59,465 nt of DNA, filler included, from Malassezia furfur (GCA_052055015.1; 3 parts of 3 records of this genome joined end to end with filler, not necessarily neighbours in it), one strand, 5' to 3'; positions 33,732-45,836 are shown, counted from the whole stretch's first letter. The notes: a model not told the origin generated them from the sequence alone. A program made the numbers and translations.

Positions 33732-35297
33732 CTAGAAGGTGGCATTGTCGGCGACCACGCGGCGCTGGTTGTACTTGCCCTTGCCGCCGCCGTGCCTCCG
33801 GCCCGGCTTGGTCGCCTGTGATTTCCGCCCGTGGTGTTTTTGCGTTTGGCGTGCCGAATGTGCCTGAGATGCCGCGACGCGCGAGGCCACTGTCGAAGCG
33901 TCCAGCACCGGGCGCGTCGACGCGCCGCGCGCCTTGCTTTGTGGATGCACGTCGTCGCTATCCTCGCGTTCATCATCCGATTCGCCGCCGGAGCTTTCCG
34001 TCTCTGAGCTTGTGCTTGCATCGCTGCCACCGTCTTCGTCGAAAGAGCCACTCGATTCCTCTCCCGCGGACAAATAGACACTTTCGAGATGCTGGGTGAG
34101 TCCTGCACGTACCGAAGACAGCTCGTCGACCCCCTTTTGATAGCCGCTCGCTTTGGTGACTGCATCGAGCCGTGGGTCATCCCTCCCTACTTCCTTGATC
34201 ACGTCATCGAACGTGGGGTATTCCTCGGACTCAAAGCGGAACCGCTTCTTGAAAAAACGGCGTACGCAATCCACGTCACGGGTGAAGTAGTATTCGGCAT
34301 TGGGGTGCTCAATGCTCACCATTTGTGGAAAGTCGATCAAGATTGGCTCGACTTGGACGCCATCCTCAAAAGTAATCATCTCGTCGTCGTCTTCCTCTTC
34401 CTCTTCGGACTCACTCGCCTCTTCAGGCTCAACGCGGCCTTCGGGCAGAACGACGCGCTCGAACCCCTTGCCGTGCTCCACGGTCATACCAGGCACATCC
34501 GTAGCATCGTCAGGCAATTCCTCTTCGCCCGGCGCATGTGTTGCAGGCTTCTCATGTTCGTACTCGCTCTCCTCCTGTACCTCGCGAATGAGCAAATTGA
34601 ATTCGTTAAAATCGCCATGAATCAGTCCCGCTTTGGCTAGGCGGACAATCAGGGCCATCAGCGCAGCGTACAGCTTCGCGACTTGGTCCACAGGCATGCC
34701 AGAGATCTGCCGAAGGGGGTATGCGTCAATGAAGCTCATCACCACCGTGTGCCGGGCCTGGTCGATCGGCAGAGGTACCGGGAATTGGTGCTCGTACAAC
34801 ACCTTCATGAACTCGTACTCCTTCTCGGCCGCAAGGCGGCTCATGTACATCCAGCTCGCGCTTTTGCGGTTGCCCATGTAGTCGCGTTTCTCTTTGATCT
34901 TGCGGAAGCTGATACGACCCAAGCGGTGCAGCTTGAGGACACGCGCCTCGCCCTCCTCGTCCGCGACGATCTGGATATCGCTTTCCTTCCCTACACCGAT
35001 CCGCTGCCCAACGCTGTAGATCGACTTACGCTTACTTAGTGCGCGTACGGCAAGGTAGTCATACCCACCATACGTCAGGCGGAATCCATCGTAGGCGTTG
35101 TTCTGCACGCGTGCCACCAGTTTCCGCTTAGCGAGACTCGCAAGCAGCTTGCTAATCCCTGCGTGGCGCAGCGCCGAGATTTGCGCAATGAGAGTCGAGG
35201 GCACAATCTCGTGGTTCTTGGAGCCCATCTCGACCGCGGTCAGCACCCGGAACTCGTCCGCGGTGATGTAGCGCACATCGGTCGCGTCGAGACGCAT
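33732..35297 (-). CDS. RIO2: Rio2 atypical protein kinase
   Basis: FRVLTAVEMGSKNHE, IGVGKESDI, HRLGRISF, LIHGDFNEFN and IDFPQM; probable in-frame 21-nt intron 34112-34092. Confidence 0.95.
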   Translation of the reverse strand: MRLDATDVRYITADEFRVLTAVEMGSKNHEIVPSTLIAQISALRHAGISKLLASLAKRKLVARVQNNAYDGFRLTYGGYDYLAVRALSKRKSIYSVGQRIGVGKESDIQIVADEEGEARVLKLHRLGRISFRKIKEKRDYMGNRKSASWMYMSRLAAEKEYEFMKVLYEHQFPVPLPIDQARHTVVMSFIDAYPLRQISGMPVDQVAKLYAALMALIVRLAKAGLIHGDFNEFNLLIREVQEESEYEHEKPATHAPGEEELPDDATDVPGMTVEHGKGFERVVLPEGRVEPEEASESEEEEEDDDEMITFEDGVQVEPILIDFPQMVSIEHPNAEYYFTRDVDCVRRFFKKRFRFESEEYPTFDDVIKEVGRDDPRLDAVTKASGYQKGVDELSSVRAGLTQHLESVYLSAGEESSGSFDEDGGSDASTSSETESSGGESDDEREDSDDVHPQSKARGASTRPVLDASTVASRVAASQAHSARQTQKHHGRKSQATKPGRRHGGGKGKYNQRRVVADNATF

Positions 35298-35352
35298 GGC
35301 GTGAAGACAGGCACTTTTTTTGGCGCACACTTCCTCCACACGAGCACTCCCG

Positions 35353-36014
35353 ATGCAGTGGATCCGTGTGGTCGTTGGGGCGCTATGTGCGGCCGCCGCC
35401 GTCTCGTGTGCATCGCCACAGACCGTCTTTCAAGTCCAGGGCCAGGCCGAGCCCGATCTGGTGGACCTGATGGTCGACGAAGCCCGCGCCAACGGTATTC
35501 ATCTGGACGATGAGCTACGCCCCACCTCCGCCGAAGCACAGGGTGGCTCGTTCTCCTGGACGCAGTGTGGCGGCGACAACTTTGCCGTGCGTGTTGAGTC
35601 GATCGAATTGTCGCCTGAGGCGCCCGAGCGTGGGCGGAATCTGACGGTGCACGGCAAAGGAACGCTGTCCCGCCGGGCCGACGTACGTTGACGCACTGAC
35701 CCAGTTTGGCTCGTACATCGATGTGAGCGTGCGTGTGGGATTCCTGCGCATCTTCTCGCAGCGCGTTGACATTTGCCGTGCGCTGCGTGAGAACGACGTC
35801 GAGGTGCAGTGTCCTGCTGAGCCGGGGCACTACGATGTCGTCCACACGGTCGAGCTTCCGTCGCAAATCCCGCCAGGTATGTCGCCCCTCTGACGCAGCC
35901 AAGTACAGCGTGCATATCGAGGGCAAGAACCACGAAGCAAAGCCCCTGGCATGCCTGGACATGACCGTCTCCTTCTCCATGTTTCAGCGTATGCGCTCGT
36001 GGCTCGGCTGGTAA
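35353..36014 (+). CDS. NPC2: ML-domain PG/PI transfer protein (Npc2-like)
   Basis: Signal peptide, SWTQCG, PERGRNLTV, DIC...QCP, IPPAKY and LACL; introns 35683-35704 and 35877-35898. Confidence 0.85.
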
Positions 36015-36039
36015 TTTCGTATCTCCACATAGTAACACG

Positions 36040-37998
36040 ATGGCGTCCGATGCGGAGGACGACGCGGAGGTCGTGCGCTTCCTGCTTGCTTCCGATACCC
36101 ACCTTGGATACCTGGAGCGCGATCCGGTGCGCGGCTCTGACTCGTTTGATGCGTTTGAAGAGATTTTGCAGCTAGCGCAGGCGCACGACGTCGATTTTGT
36201 CTTGCTGGGCGGTGACCTCTTCCACGAGAACAAGCCGTCGCGCGCGACCATGTACAAAACAATGTCGTTGCTGCGTGAATATACCCTAGGTGACCGTCCT
36301 GTCTCGGTGGAGTTGCTGAGTGATCCGATGGATGCGCGCGGACAGAAATGGTCGTTTCCTGCGGTGAATTACGAGGACGCCAACTTGAACGTGAGCATCC
36401 CCGTCTTCTCGATTCACGGAAACCACGACGATCCGCAGGGCGCAGACAAGGAGGGGCCGCTGTCGGCACTTGACGTGCTCTCCGCGGCTGGCCTGCTTAA
36501 CTATTTTGGACGCGTCGAGCTGGCGGCCGACGCGCGGACGAAGCGAAAAGCGACCGAGGAAGAGATGATCAAGCTGCGGCCCATCCTACTGCGCAAGGGC
36601 AGCACGCGCCTAGCGCTGTATGGTATCGGGAACGTCAAAGATGAGCGGCTCGTGTACGAGCTGGAGTCGAACCACGTGTGTATGTACCGCCCCGCCGAGG
36701 ACCCCGACGCGTGGTTCAATGTGCTCGTCGTGCATCAGAATCGCGCGGCACATTCGGCACGCGGGTTCATCCCCGAGAGTGCTTTTGATGACTCGGTCGA
36801 CCTGGTGGTCTGGGGCCACGAGCACGAGCAGCGCATTGCGCCGGAACCCATCTCGGAGAAGCACTACTACATTACGCAGCCGGGCAGCAGCGTCGCCACG
36901 AGCTTGGCGCCGGGCGAGGCGGTGGAGAAGTGCGTTGCGATCGTGAGTGTGTGCGGCAAAGACTTCAAAGTGGATCCTATTCCGCTGCGCACGCCGCGGC
37001 CCCTCGTGATGAAGGATGTTTCGCTCCCACACGAAGCGGCAGCGGCGCACCTCGACGTTTCGAGTCGCACAGACGTGGCCAAGCTGCTGCGCACGCACAT
37101 CGAGCTGCTCATTGCGCAAGCAATGCGCGACTGGGATGCACGTATGGCCGCTGTACCGGCCGACCAACGGCCCGAGCCGCCGCTCCCTCTCGTGCGCCTG
37201 CGTGTCGCGTACGAAGCACAGTTGGCACTCGGCAATGTCGCACGTTTTGGACACGAATTTGCGGGGCGCATTGCCAATACCAAAGACGTGCTGCAGCTAC
37301 AGCTCAAGCGAGGGCGCACGGCGCGTGCACCGTCGAGCGGACATGCCGTGCGCCTTGACAAAGACATGCTTCCTGCCGAAAAGCTTGAGCGCGTCGAGTT
37401 GGCGGACCTGGTCCAGGAGAATATGCGAGCACAGCACTTTGACCTGCTCGAGGGCGCACAGCTCCAGCAGAGTGTAATGCGCTTCGTGGAAAAGGACGAG
37501 TAGGTGGTTTACTGACGCAGGCGCGACGCTGTCGAACAGTGCGTGAGAGACTCACCCAGGTTGTTGCAGCGCACGCTACCCGATATCGAGGCAAAACTCG
37601 CTGCGCGCCATCTTGACGAGGCGCAGCTGCAGCAGGAAGTACGTAAGCCACTGACCCAGCTCGACCGTCTCACGGCGCACCCCGCGGCCATGGGGCCGGC
37701 GTCGGCCAGCACGGCTCGGCACCACGCGCCGCGCCAGCCGCCAACGCAAGTGTCGCTGTCACCACCGGCGTCGGAAGAGGAGCGCGGGCGCGCCCCGACG
37801 CCCGATTCGATGGACGAAGACTACGTGCCAGCGACAGCTCCCGTACGCCCTGCGCGCCGACGAACAGCTGCGGCATCACCGCCCGCGCCGGCCTCGCCAC
37901 CGGCGCCGGCCTCGCCGCCGCGCTCGTCGCGGGCTGCTGTCCTCTCTCAGTCGGCACGGCCGACGCAGCGGCGGAAGCGGAACCCCAACGTATTTTAG
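36040..37998 (+). CDS. MRE11: Mre11 DNA double-strand break repair nuclease
   Basis: ASDTHLG, GGDLFHENKPS, IHGNHDDP, VHQNR, WGHEHE and QPGSSVATSL; three 21-nt introns 37500-37520, 37539-37559 and 37639-37659. Confidence 0.95.
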
Positions 37999-38116
37999 CA
38001 TACCCGGACTATGGGCAAGGTATATGGTCCAACGATGCTTCGCGAGCATGTTCTGTACAACGCAACGCCCAAGCTCCCAGCGGGCGGTATCGAGGCGTTG
38101 CGGACGATGACGCCGC

Positions 38117-39100
38117 TCAAGCCTCGACGCGGTCCGACAGGTTGAGCAGCAGCGTGGCCAGACACCGCTTGGTGATGTGGTCATTTTTCAGCAGCTGCGA
38201 GAACGTCGCATCGCGCAGCGGGCCGGGAAGGCAGGAGCGCAGCGCCTCGCGGGCGCGGGGGTTGTCGCTGAGGCGCAGGTAGCAGCGCACGACGTGCTTG
38301 AGCAGGCGGATAGCCTGGCTCTCGACGATCTGCGTGACCATGTTGCTCAGCACGGTGGCCACGGCGTAGAAGCGCTCGTAGGTCTGGCAGATGTAGTTCA
38401 GACCGAGATCATCGAGCAAAATCTTTTGCACGATGAAAATGGCCACCGTCTTGCTCAGCTCCGAGCCAGTCTCCATGATGCGCAGGCACAGTGGGATGAT
38501 CTCCGTGGAGAGCAGGAAGGTGATCACGTCCGAGTTGTCGTTCTGCTTCACCAGCGCGCCGACCACACCGAGCGACGTCAGGCGAAGGTACTCGAACGGG
38601 CGCGACTTGGACGTGGTGTTCAGGAACGGGTAGAGAAACAACGGAATGTGCGCCTGCAGAAATACGCCGCGCGTGTCTGGGTGCGAGGCGACACACTGCA
38701 GCAGCGCCAACGCATTGCACACGCGGTTCGACGCATGCGCCGTGAGCACGGGCGGCGACAGCAGCGGGTACACCGAGATGATCTCTTGCAGCAGCGAGGG
38801 CATCACACCGAAGCTGTTCCATAGAACCAGCGCTAGGTCCTCGTACTGCTCACGCTTCTTGCTCAGCTCGAGCAGCGCATGCTCGCGCTGCGCCGAGCTG
38901 CCCGGCGCATCGACGTTGCCCGAGGCAATTTCGACGGGGTCGGGGCGCTGGCAGAACTGCGATATCAGATGGCGGAGCTCAAGAGCTGTCATGGCCTCTC
39001 CGGCCGGCGGGGCCGCGGCTTGGACGTGCACGTCTCCCATTCCGGTCGCAGGCGTGCAGCTGGTCGTAGACGGGCGGTCGGACGCGGCCGCCGGTGGCAT
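38117..39100 (-). CDS. CAF40: CCR4-NOT subunit Caf40/Rcd1/CNOT9
   Basis: [30 protein letters not shown] and [19 protein letters not shown]. Start could be 39100, 39040 or 38992. Confidence 0.95.
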   Translation of the reverse strand: MPPAAASDRPSTTSCTPATGMGDVHVQAAAPPAGEAMTALELRHLISQFCQRPDPVEIASGNVDAPGSSAQREHALLELSKKREQYEDLALVLWNSFGVMPSLLQEIISVYPLLSPPVLTAHASNRVCNALALLQCVASHPDTRGVFLQAHIPLFLYPFLNTTSKSRPFEYLRLTSLGVVGALVKQNDNSDVITFLLSTEIIPLCLRIMETGSELSKTVAIFIVQKILLDDLGLNYICQTYERFYAVATVLSNMVTQIVESQAIRLLKHVVRCYLRLSDNPRAREALRSCLPGPLRDATFSQLLKNDHITKRCLATLLLNLSDRVEA

Positions 39101-39137
39101 CGCTGACTAAACGTGGACGGCGCCGGTCGCCACCGCC

Positions 39138-39768
39138 ATGTACAACGGCATTGGGCTGCAGACCGCCCGCGGCAGGTGCGTGCTCTTTTTCTCACACAGC
39201 GGCACGAATGGTTACGTCCAGCGGAACTTGTCAAGCATCCGTCCCCGCGATGCGCCGCGCCCACCGCCGCAGGAAAAGGCGCGCATTTTTGAGCCCGATG
39301 AGCGCATCCTCGACCACGAGCGCAAGCGCAAGATTGAGATTCAGTGCATCGAGCTACAGGACGAGCTAGAGGAGCAGGGGTACGTCGCACCACTTACACA
39401 GCCTCCCGCATGATGAAATCGAGGCGCGTGTTGACGCGCTGCGCGCGCGACTGCGCGAACGCCAAGACGCCGTGCGTCCGTCCCACCAAGAAACCAAGAA
39501 TTTGCGTCCGTTAGATACCCATGCACTTGGTGCTGCAAAGAAACTTGAGCGCGAAAAGATGGAGCGCGCGCTACGGATACGCCCGGATTACGTCGAGGGA
39601 GAAGCGTTTTCACCCGAAATCCAGGAACGACGCAAGATGGAGCGCAAGGAGGAGCGCGCGCGTCTCCACGAGGAGGCCGAGGCGCGCTGGGAGCAGCGGC
39701 GCGCTGAGCGCGCTGAGCGCGACGTGCGCGTGGACCGCCGGCCGGACATAGACGACCCACGCGCGCCT
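39138..39768 (+). CDS. CWC21: Splicing factor Cwc21/SRRM2 N-terminal, truncated by the gap
   Basis: [24 protein letters not shown] and ILDHERKRKIEIQC; introns 39176-39199 and 39380-39401. Confidence 0.93.
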
Positions 39769-39868
39769 NNNNNNNNNNNNNNNNNNNNNNNNNNNNNNNN
39801 NNNNNNNNNNNNTTAATTAATTAANNNNNNNNNNNNNNNNNNNNNNNNNNNNNNNNNNNNNNNNNNNN
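39769..39868. other. Assembly gap / artificial linker
   Basis: 44 N + TTAATTAATTAA (39813-39824) + 44 N. Confidence 0.97.
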
Positions 39869-39900
39869 CCCCCCGCCGCAACCGTGTGGAGGCCACGACG

Positions 39901-41810
39901 ATGGAGGACGCCGTGCAGTACGTGCGCCGACTCACGCAGGCAGTTGCAGGCGATCCTTGGGTGTACGGCCGAGCAGGCTACGCAGGCGCTCCAGGTACGC
40001 CGCCCGCCATGCTCACACAGGACACGGGGCACGATGTGGACCGCGCCATGAACCGCTTGCTCGACATGTCCGCACCGGAATCGGCGCCCGCCCCGACACC
40101 GACGCCCGCGCCGCCCGCGCACGCGCCCGCACGGCCGCCGCTGCCGCTGCGCAGCACCGCGGCGTCCAAGGAGGTCGTGTACGACCTCGACTCGGACTCG
40201 CTGTCCGACTCGGACGCGCTCGCGATGTCGTCGACCCACATGGTGCCGGACGAAAGCGCCTGGTCGTGGGCGACCGCCCACGCCGCGCCGAGCCGCACCT
40301 CGCTCGACGCACTCTCGGAGCGCGTGCGCTCGCTCAGCAGCGCGCTCGGCGACCCGGACCAGCTGCCCGAGTGGCTCCGCCGCGGCGCCGGCGTCTTCGA
40401 AGGCACGGTCAACATGGCCAACAGCATCCTCGGCGCAGGCATCGTCGGCCTGCCGTACTCGATGCGCGAGTCGGGCTTCGTCGCTGGCGTCGTGCTGCTC
40501 CTCGGCATCGCGCTCCTCACCGACTGGACCATCCGCCTGATCGTGCTCAACGCCAAACTGTCCGGCCGCTCGACGTACATCGACATCATGGAGCACTGCT
40601 TCGGCCACCACGGCAAACGTACGTCGATCGCCCCCCTCTCACCCAGTCGCCGTCTCGCTGTTCCAGTTCGTGTTTGCGTTCGGGGGGATGTGCGCCTTCT
40701 GCGTCGTGGTCGGCGACACGATCCCCAACGTGCTCTCCAGCGTCTTCCCGGCGATCCGCAACACGTTCCTGAGCAACCGCCAGGTGGTGATCGTCGTGTG
40801 CACGATGGCCATCAGCTTCCCGCTCTCGCTCTACCGCAACATCGAGAACTTGAGCAAGGCAAGCGCCGTGGCCCTCGTGTCGATGGTCTTTATCATCATC
40901 GCCGTCGTCGTCCGCGGGCCGGCAATGCCCGCCGAGCTCAAGGGCGATGCGTCGCTCCGCGTACGTTGCCCCGCACTCACGCATGCAGTTCACCATCGTG
41001 CACCCCGCCAAGATCATCCGCTCCATCTCGGTGATCAGCTTCGCGTTCGTGTGCCACCACAACTCGCTGCTCATCTACGGCAGCCTCAAGGAGCCGTCGA
41101 TGGACAAGTTCAAGACGATCACGCACTACTCGACACTCATCGCCGCCGTCGCCGCACTGTCCATGTCCATCGCAGGCTACTGGTCGTTCGAGGACAAGAC
41201 ACTCTCCAACGTGCTCAACAACTTCCCGCAGACCGACACCATCGTCAACATTGCCCGCTTCTGCTTCGGCCTCAACATGTTCACCACGCTGCCGCTCGAG
41301 TGCTTCGTGTGCCGCGAGGTGCTCGAGACCTACTTCTTCCGCGGCGAGTACGAGCGCAGGCGCCACATCGTCCTCACCACCGCGCTCGTCGTCTCGGCCA
41401 TGTTGGTGTCGCTGCTCACCTGCGACCTCGGCGTGGTGCTCGAAGTGACCGGCGGACTGAGTGCCACGGCCCTCGCCTTCTTCTTCCCGAGTATCTGCTA
41501 CCTCAAACTGAGCCACAGCGCGTCGCAAGTCGACCGCGCCGCCCTCTACTTTGCCGTGCCGGACGACGACGAGGAGCAGAACGCCGCACCGCCCGGCGCG
41601 GACGACAGCGTCCAGGCGGACCACATCGCTCTCCCCTTGCGCCCGGGCGCCGACGCACACCAGCGGGGGCAGCAGTTCAAGTGGTGGGAGTCCACCAAGC
41701 TCCTGAGCATCGCATGCGCCGTCTTTGGCTTCGTCGTGCTCAACATCTCGGTCATCACCGCGCTCGCCGACTTCTGGTCCGGCCGCTCGGGCGCCACGCA
41801 CCAGTGCTGA
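39901..41810 (+). CDS. AVT2: Aa_trans family amino-acid transporter (Avt2-like)
   Basis: NMANSILGAGIVGLPY, SFAFVCHHNSLLIY and TLPLECFVCREV; introns 40619-40646 and 40961-40988. Confidence 0.85.
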
Positions 41811-41979
41811 GCATACCCCCCTAGCGCGCGCCACGCCGGACACTCACCCACCCCCCTGCCGCTCGTTTCCGCCCGCGCCCACCGGGTACGCGGCGATCCC
41901 ATAGTACATATCCCTCCCGACTCGACGTCGTCCACACCAACCAGGGTCATGCTACACCACCAAACTACCACACCACCGT

Positions 41980-43383
41980 CTAGGCGTGCCGCGCGTGCGC
42001 ACGAATGTGCTCGCGGATCGCACGGTCGTTCGGGCCGATCTGGTCACCCACAATGTTCTGGATCTGGTCCACCAGCGTCTGCAGCGCCTGCTCACGCACG
42101 CGCGCACTGTCGAGCGGGTTGTTGATGTACTCGTGCCGGAACCCCTTCGGGAACGACTTGTCCGCAAAGCGGTCCTGGATAAAGAAGAGCACATTGGGCA
42201 CATTCACCAGCTCGGTCGTCGCGTGCCCGAGCAGCGGGAACGTGTCCGTCTGGAACAGCACATCCGCACCGTGCTCGGCCCACATCTGGCCAGCCTTGAG
42301 CGCGTCGTGGTAGGGGATCACTTCGTCGTTCCGACCATGGTACATGTACACGGGCGCCGTCGGCGTCTGCGACTTCTTCGCACCCATCACATAGTCCTTC
42401 AGAATGTTGGTCACGATCGGCTCCTCGAGCAGGTGCGTGCCGCCCCGGATAAAGTCCTCGCTCACCACGCGCGAAAAGGGGTAGCGCAGCAGCGTCGACA
42501 CCAGGCAGTGCGTGCGCGCAAACTCCACCGCACGCCGGCCCTTGGCCGTCAGGCGCGGCGTCAGCCACGCGAGCAGGTCGTCGTTCGCGTACGCAATGCC
42601 CGTCACACCGGCAACCGCAAACGCCGAAAACAGGCCATTGTCCAGCTTGAGCAACGTGCCGGTCATGTTGGCAGGCGTCCCGCCCATCGCAAAGCCTTTC
42701 GCATTGATCGACGACCCATACGACGGCTGCAGCGCCGCGGTCCAGCCGGACGCAATCGCACCCCCCGAGTAGCCCGTGGTGACCACCGGCGAGTTCGCCT
42801 TCAGGTTCAGCCGGTCAAAGTTGAGCGTCGCTTTGATGCCATCCAGCGACTGGCGACCCGCCAGCGGGCCCACACCAAACGCACGGTTCTTGCCTTCGTA
42901 GTCGGGCAGCGTCACAATGTAGCCCGCCTCCAGCACCTGCTGCAGCAACAGCAGCTGGTAGTCCTCCACAATGTCGCCGGGGAAGTTGCTGCCCTTGCGG
43001 ATCGTGTAGCTCAGCGCACATTCGGAACCATCGGCGTCCACGTACGTCAGCGCGTTCACGAGCTTGTCGCGCTTTGCATTGTACGGCACAAGCACCGTCG
43101 TCGCCGTCACCGCAGGGTCCGACTCATGCGTGCCCGTCGTGCGGTACAGAATCTCGTACGAATGCTCCACCTCGATCTCGTCCACGGTGAACAGCGCCGG
43201 CACAATCGTGCGCGAGCGCAGCACCGTACCGGGCGCCTCGTCCTCCTACCCGTCGGGGGCCTTGTAGAAGGGGTCGTCTTTGGGAGGAGGAATGTCTGCG
43301 CGGCGCTCCACCCCGGCAGTCACCGCCGCAGCGGCCACCAGGCGAACGCACAAAGCCACCAGCACCAAAAGAAGGGAACGCAT
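41980..43383 (-). pseudogene. Secreted LIP-family lipase (copy 1) with in-frame TAG at codon 46
   Basis: Signal peptide MRSLLLVLVAL..., DDPFYKAPDG*EDEAPG (TAG 43248-43246), PDYEG, GYSGG, DEVIPY and LGHATTE; TATA-like element ~35 bp upstream. Confidence 0.85.
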
Positions 43384-44070
43384 CGGATGCGCTCTCCTCG
43401 CCCCACATGCCCTGGTTTATATACACTCGCAACGGCTCCTCCTTCCCCTCCGCGGACCTACGCTAGGGTACCTGTTTTTGCCGGAAAGACACCACGGTGT
43501 GCATCAACCCGCTGCCACCTTGCAGGGCGTTGGCTCGTAGGAACGGTGCTAGCGGATGGTGCCGGTGCCAAGCATTCGTACTTGGCAGGCGCAGTCCGAA
43601 CGGATTCGTCGTGTGCTGCGGCGTCGTGCCGGGTGCATTCTTCGTAGAATTGTGCGCGGTCCCCCCCGCGATGATGACTAAATCGTAAATGACCGGCCGG
43701 CCGCCTGTAATTTCCACTGCGTTTGATTGGTATTTAGAGCGTACAAAGAAGCGAAATAACGTGGATTACGGAGTCGACGCGGCCAACGTTCGGCCGTTGG
43801 ACAAATCACAAGGCCCGCCAGGGTTTCAATTGTGGCTTGCGAGATGGTAGACCACGTCTAAGTTGTCATGTGTCGTGCGCCTCCAGCGTGACCTTAGCGA
43901 CATATCTGGCTCTGGACGACACAGCGCGCGGAGAAAACCCTGTGTCTTTGCGAAACCAAGTAGCTTCTATGTCGCGCGGGCCCATCTCGGTGCTGCGCAA
44001 CATGCGTTGCTAACCTTGGCTACGTCTCCGCGTATAAAATGATGGTTTGGCGCAATTGTGCATCCGGACG

Positions 44071-45471
44071 ACGCGCTCCTTGATTTTCTTCGTCTTAGCC
44101 TTTTCTCAGGCGCTCGTTGCCTTTGCAGCGCTGAGGTCGCTTCATCCGCGAGGCTTTATTCTCTCTCCCGAGAACGATCCGTTCTACCGGCCGCCTGCGG
44201 GATGGGAGGACAAAGAGCCGGGTACGGTGCTGCGCTCGCGCAAAATCACCCCGACTCTCCTTACGTTTGACAAGATCAACGTGGAGCATGCCTATCAGCT
44301 TCTGTACCGGACCACGGGCACCTTTGACACAGAGGCCGCGGTGACCGTCACGACCATCCTGGTCCCCTACAATGCGAAGCCGAACAAGCTGGTGGCCCAC
44401 CTCACCTACATTGATGCAGACGGTTCCAAGTGTGCACTTAGCTACGGGATCCGCAAGGGGAGCGACTTCCCCGGTGATGTGTCGATGGACTACCAGCTTC
44501 TTCTCCTGGAGCAGATCTTGGAAGCGGGATACATTATGACGCTTCCCGACTACGAAGGCCTGAACCGTGCATTTGGAGTGGGCCCCTTGGCTGGCCGACA
44601 AACGTTGGATGGGATCAAGGCGACGCTGAACTTTGAACAACTTGGTCTGAACCAAAATACGCCGGTGGTCACGTCCGGCTACTCGGGTGGTGCCTTTGGT
44701 TCGAGCTGGAGTGCTGCGTTGCAGCCGACATATGCACCGTCGATCAACGCCAAAGGCTTTGCCATGGGCGGTACTCCTGCGAACCTGACAGGCTCGCTAA
44801 TCAACCTCGATGGCGGTCCCTTTGCTCCCTTTGCCATTGTTGGCGTCGTTGGACTGATGTACTCGTACCCTGACTTGCTGGATTGGGTCGACCCGCGTCT
44901 TACGCCGAAGGGAAGCCATGCGGTGGAGTTTGCGCGGTCGAACTGTGTGGCAGAGATGACGGTGCGCTACCCCTTCTCCAGGGTGATTAGCAACGACTTT
45001 ATCCGCGGTGGTGCACACCTGCTCGAGGTGCCAGTGGTCAAGGAGATTCTGTCGAACCTGACACTGGGTGTGGATCCATCCCTGACACCCAAGGCGCCTG
45101 TATTCATGTATCACGCACGCAACGACGAGGTGCTTCCTTACCGCGACGCACTCAAGTCCGCCCAGCTCTGGGCACAGCATGGTGCCAATGTCCTGTTCCA
45201 CACGGACACCTTGCCCACGCTGGGCCATGCGACTACCGAGCTTGCCAATTTGCCTAACCTGCTCTTCTTCATCGAGGACCGTTTCGCAGACAAGCCGTTC
45301 GCCGAAGGTCTCCAACACGAATACGTCTTGAACCCACTCGCAGGTCGTCGCGCCAAAGAGCAGGGTCTGGGAAGCATTGTGGAGATCATCAAAAACATCC
45401 TGGGCGACAAGATTGGGCCGAAAGATGCGCGCCTCCAGGCGGCCGCGATCCGCAATCGTACAGACAGTTGA
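44071..45471 (+). CDS. Secreted LIP-family lipase (copy 2); ACG stands at the expected start codon
   Basis: (T)[10 protein letters not shown] signal peptide, [21 protein letters not shown] and LGHATTE; TATAAAA at 44033. No in-frame ATG before 44485. Confidence 0.8.
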   Translation, partial: TRSLIFFVLAFSQALVAFAALRSLHPRGFILSPENDPFYRPPAGWEDKEPGTVLRSRKITPTLLTFDKINVEHAYQLLYRTTGTFDTEAAVTVTTILVPYNAKPNKLVAHLTYIDADGSKCALSYGIRKGSDFPGDVSMDYQLLLLEQILEAGYIMTLPDYEGLNRAFGVGPLAGRQTLDGIKATLNFEQLGLNQNTPVVTSGYSGGAFGSSWSAALQPTYAPSINAKGFAMGGTPANLTGSLINLDGGPFAPFAIVGVVGLMYSYPDLLDWVDPRLTPKGSHAVEFARSNCVAEMTVRYPFSRVISNDFIRGGAHLLEVPVVKEILSNLTLGVDPSLTPKAPVFMYHARNDEVLPYRDALKSAQLWAQHGANVLFHTDTLPTLGHATTELANLPNLLFFIEDRFADKPFAEGLQHEYVLNPLAGRRAKEQGLGSIVEIIKNILGDKIGPKDARLQAAAIRNRTDS

Positions 45472-45836
45472 GACTTGCCTGGTCCGTGCGAGCGCTCCAT
45501 TAGTTGGCTAATATGAATTGACACCTTGTGCGTCAGTGAATCGGTGCTTGCCCGATGCAAAGAGGCCTAAGCCCCTCGATCAGCATGAGAAAATGTTCTG
45601 CTTGTGCTGACGTCTGGTTGGATGCTTCAGGTCCGTGACAAGACCGGAATCCATGCGACCAACAGAAGAGAATTCCGAAGCGTGCCATGGCCCTTGTTGA
45701 TGGGAGGGGGCGATCGTGACGCACAACAGAGCAACGGGCCAAGCGGCCCAGGCGCGGACTGTTCACAACGGCCCCCCGTTTGGGTGTCGCGTGTTGTATA
45801 AATGAACAGACCGTCCAGCGGTCCACCCCCTCCGAC

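Noticed and set aside
37501..37503. Apparent premature stop in MRE11 (likewise in DDB1, TPR, ERF2 and others)
   Set aside because: Lies inside a canonical mini-intron whose removal restores the frame.
43230..43260. Mini-intron explanation for the subtelomeric stops
   Set aside because: No branch motif or suitable GT-AG pair, and paralog alignment is colinear with no insertion.
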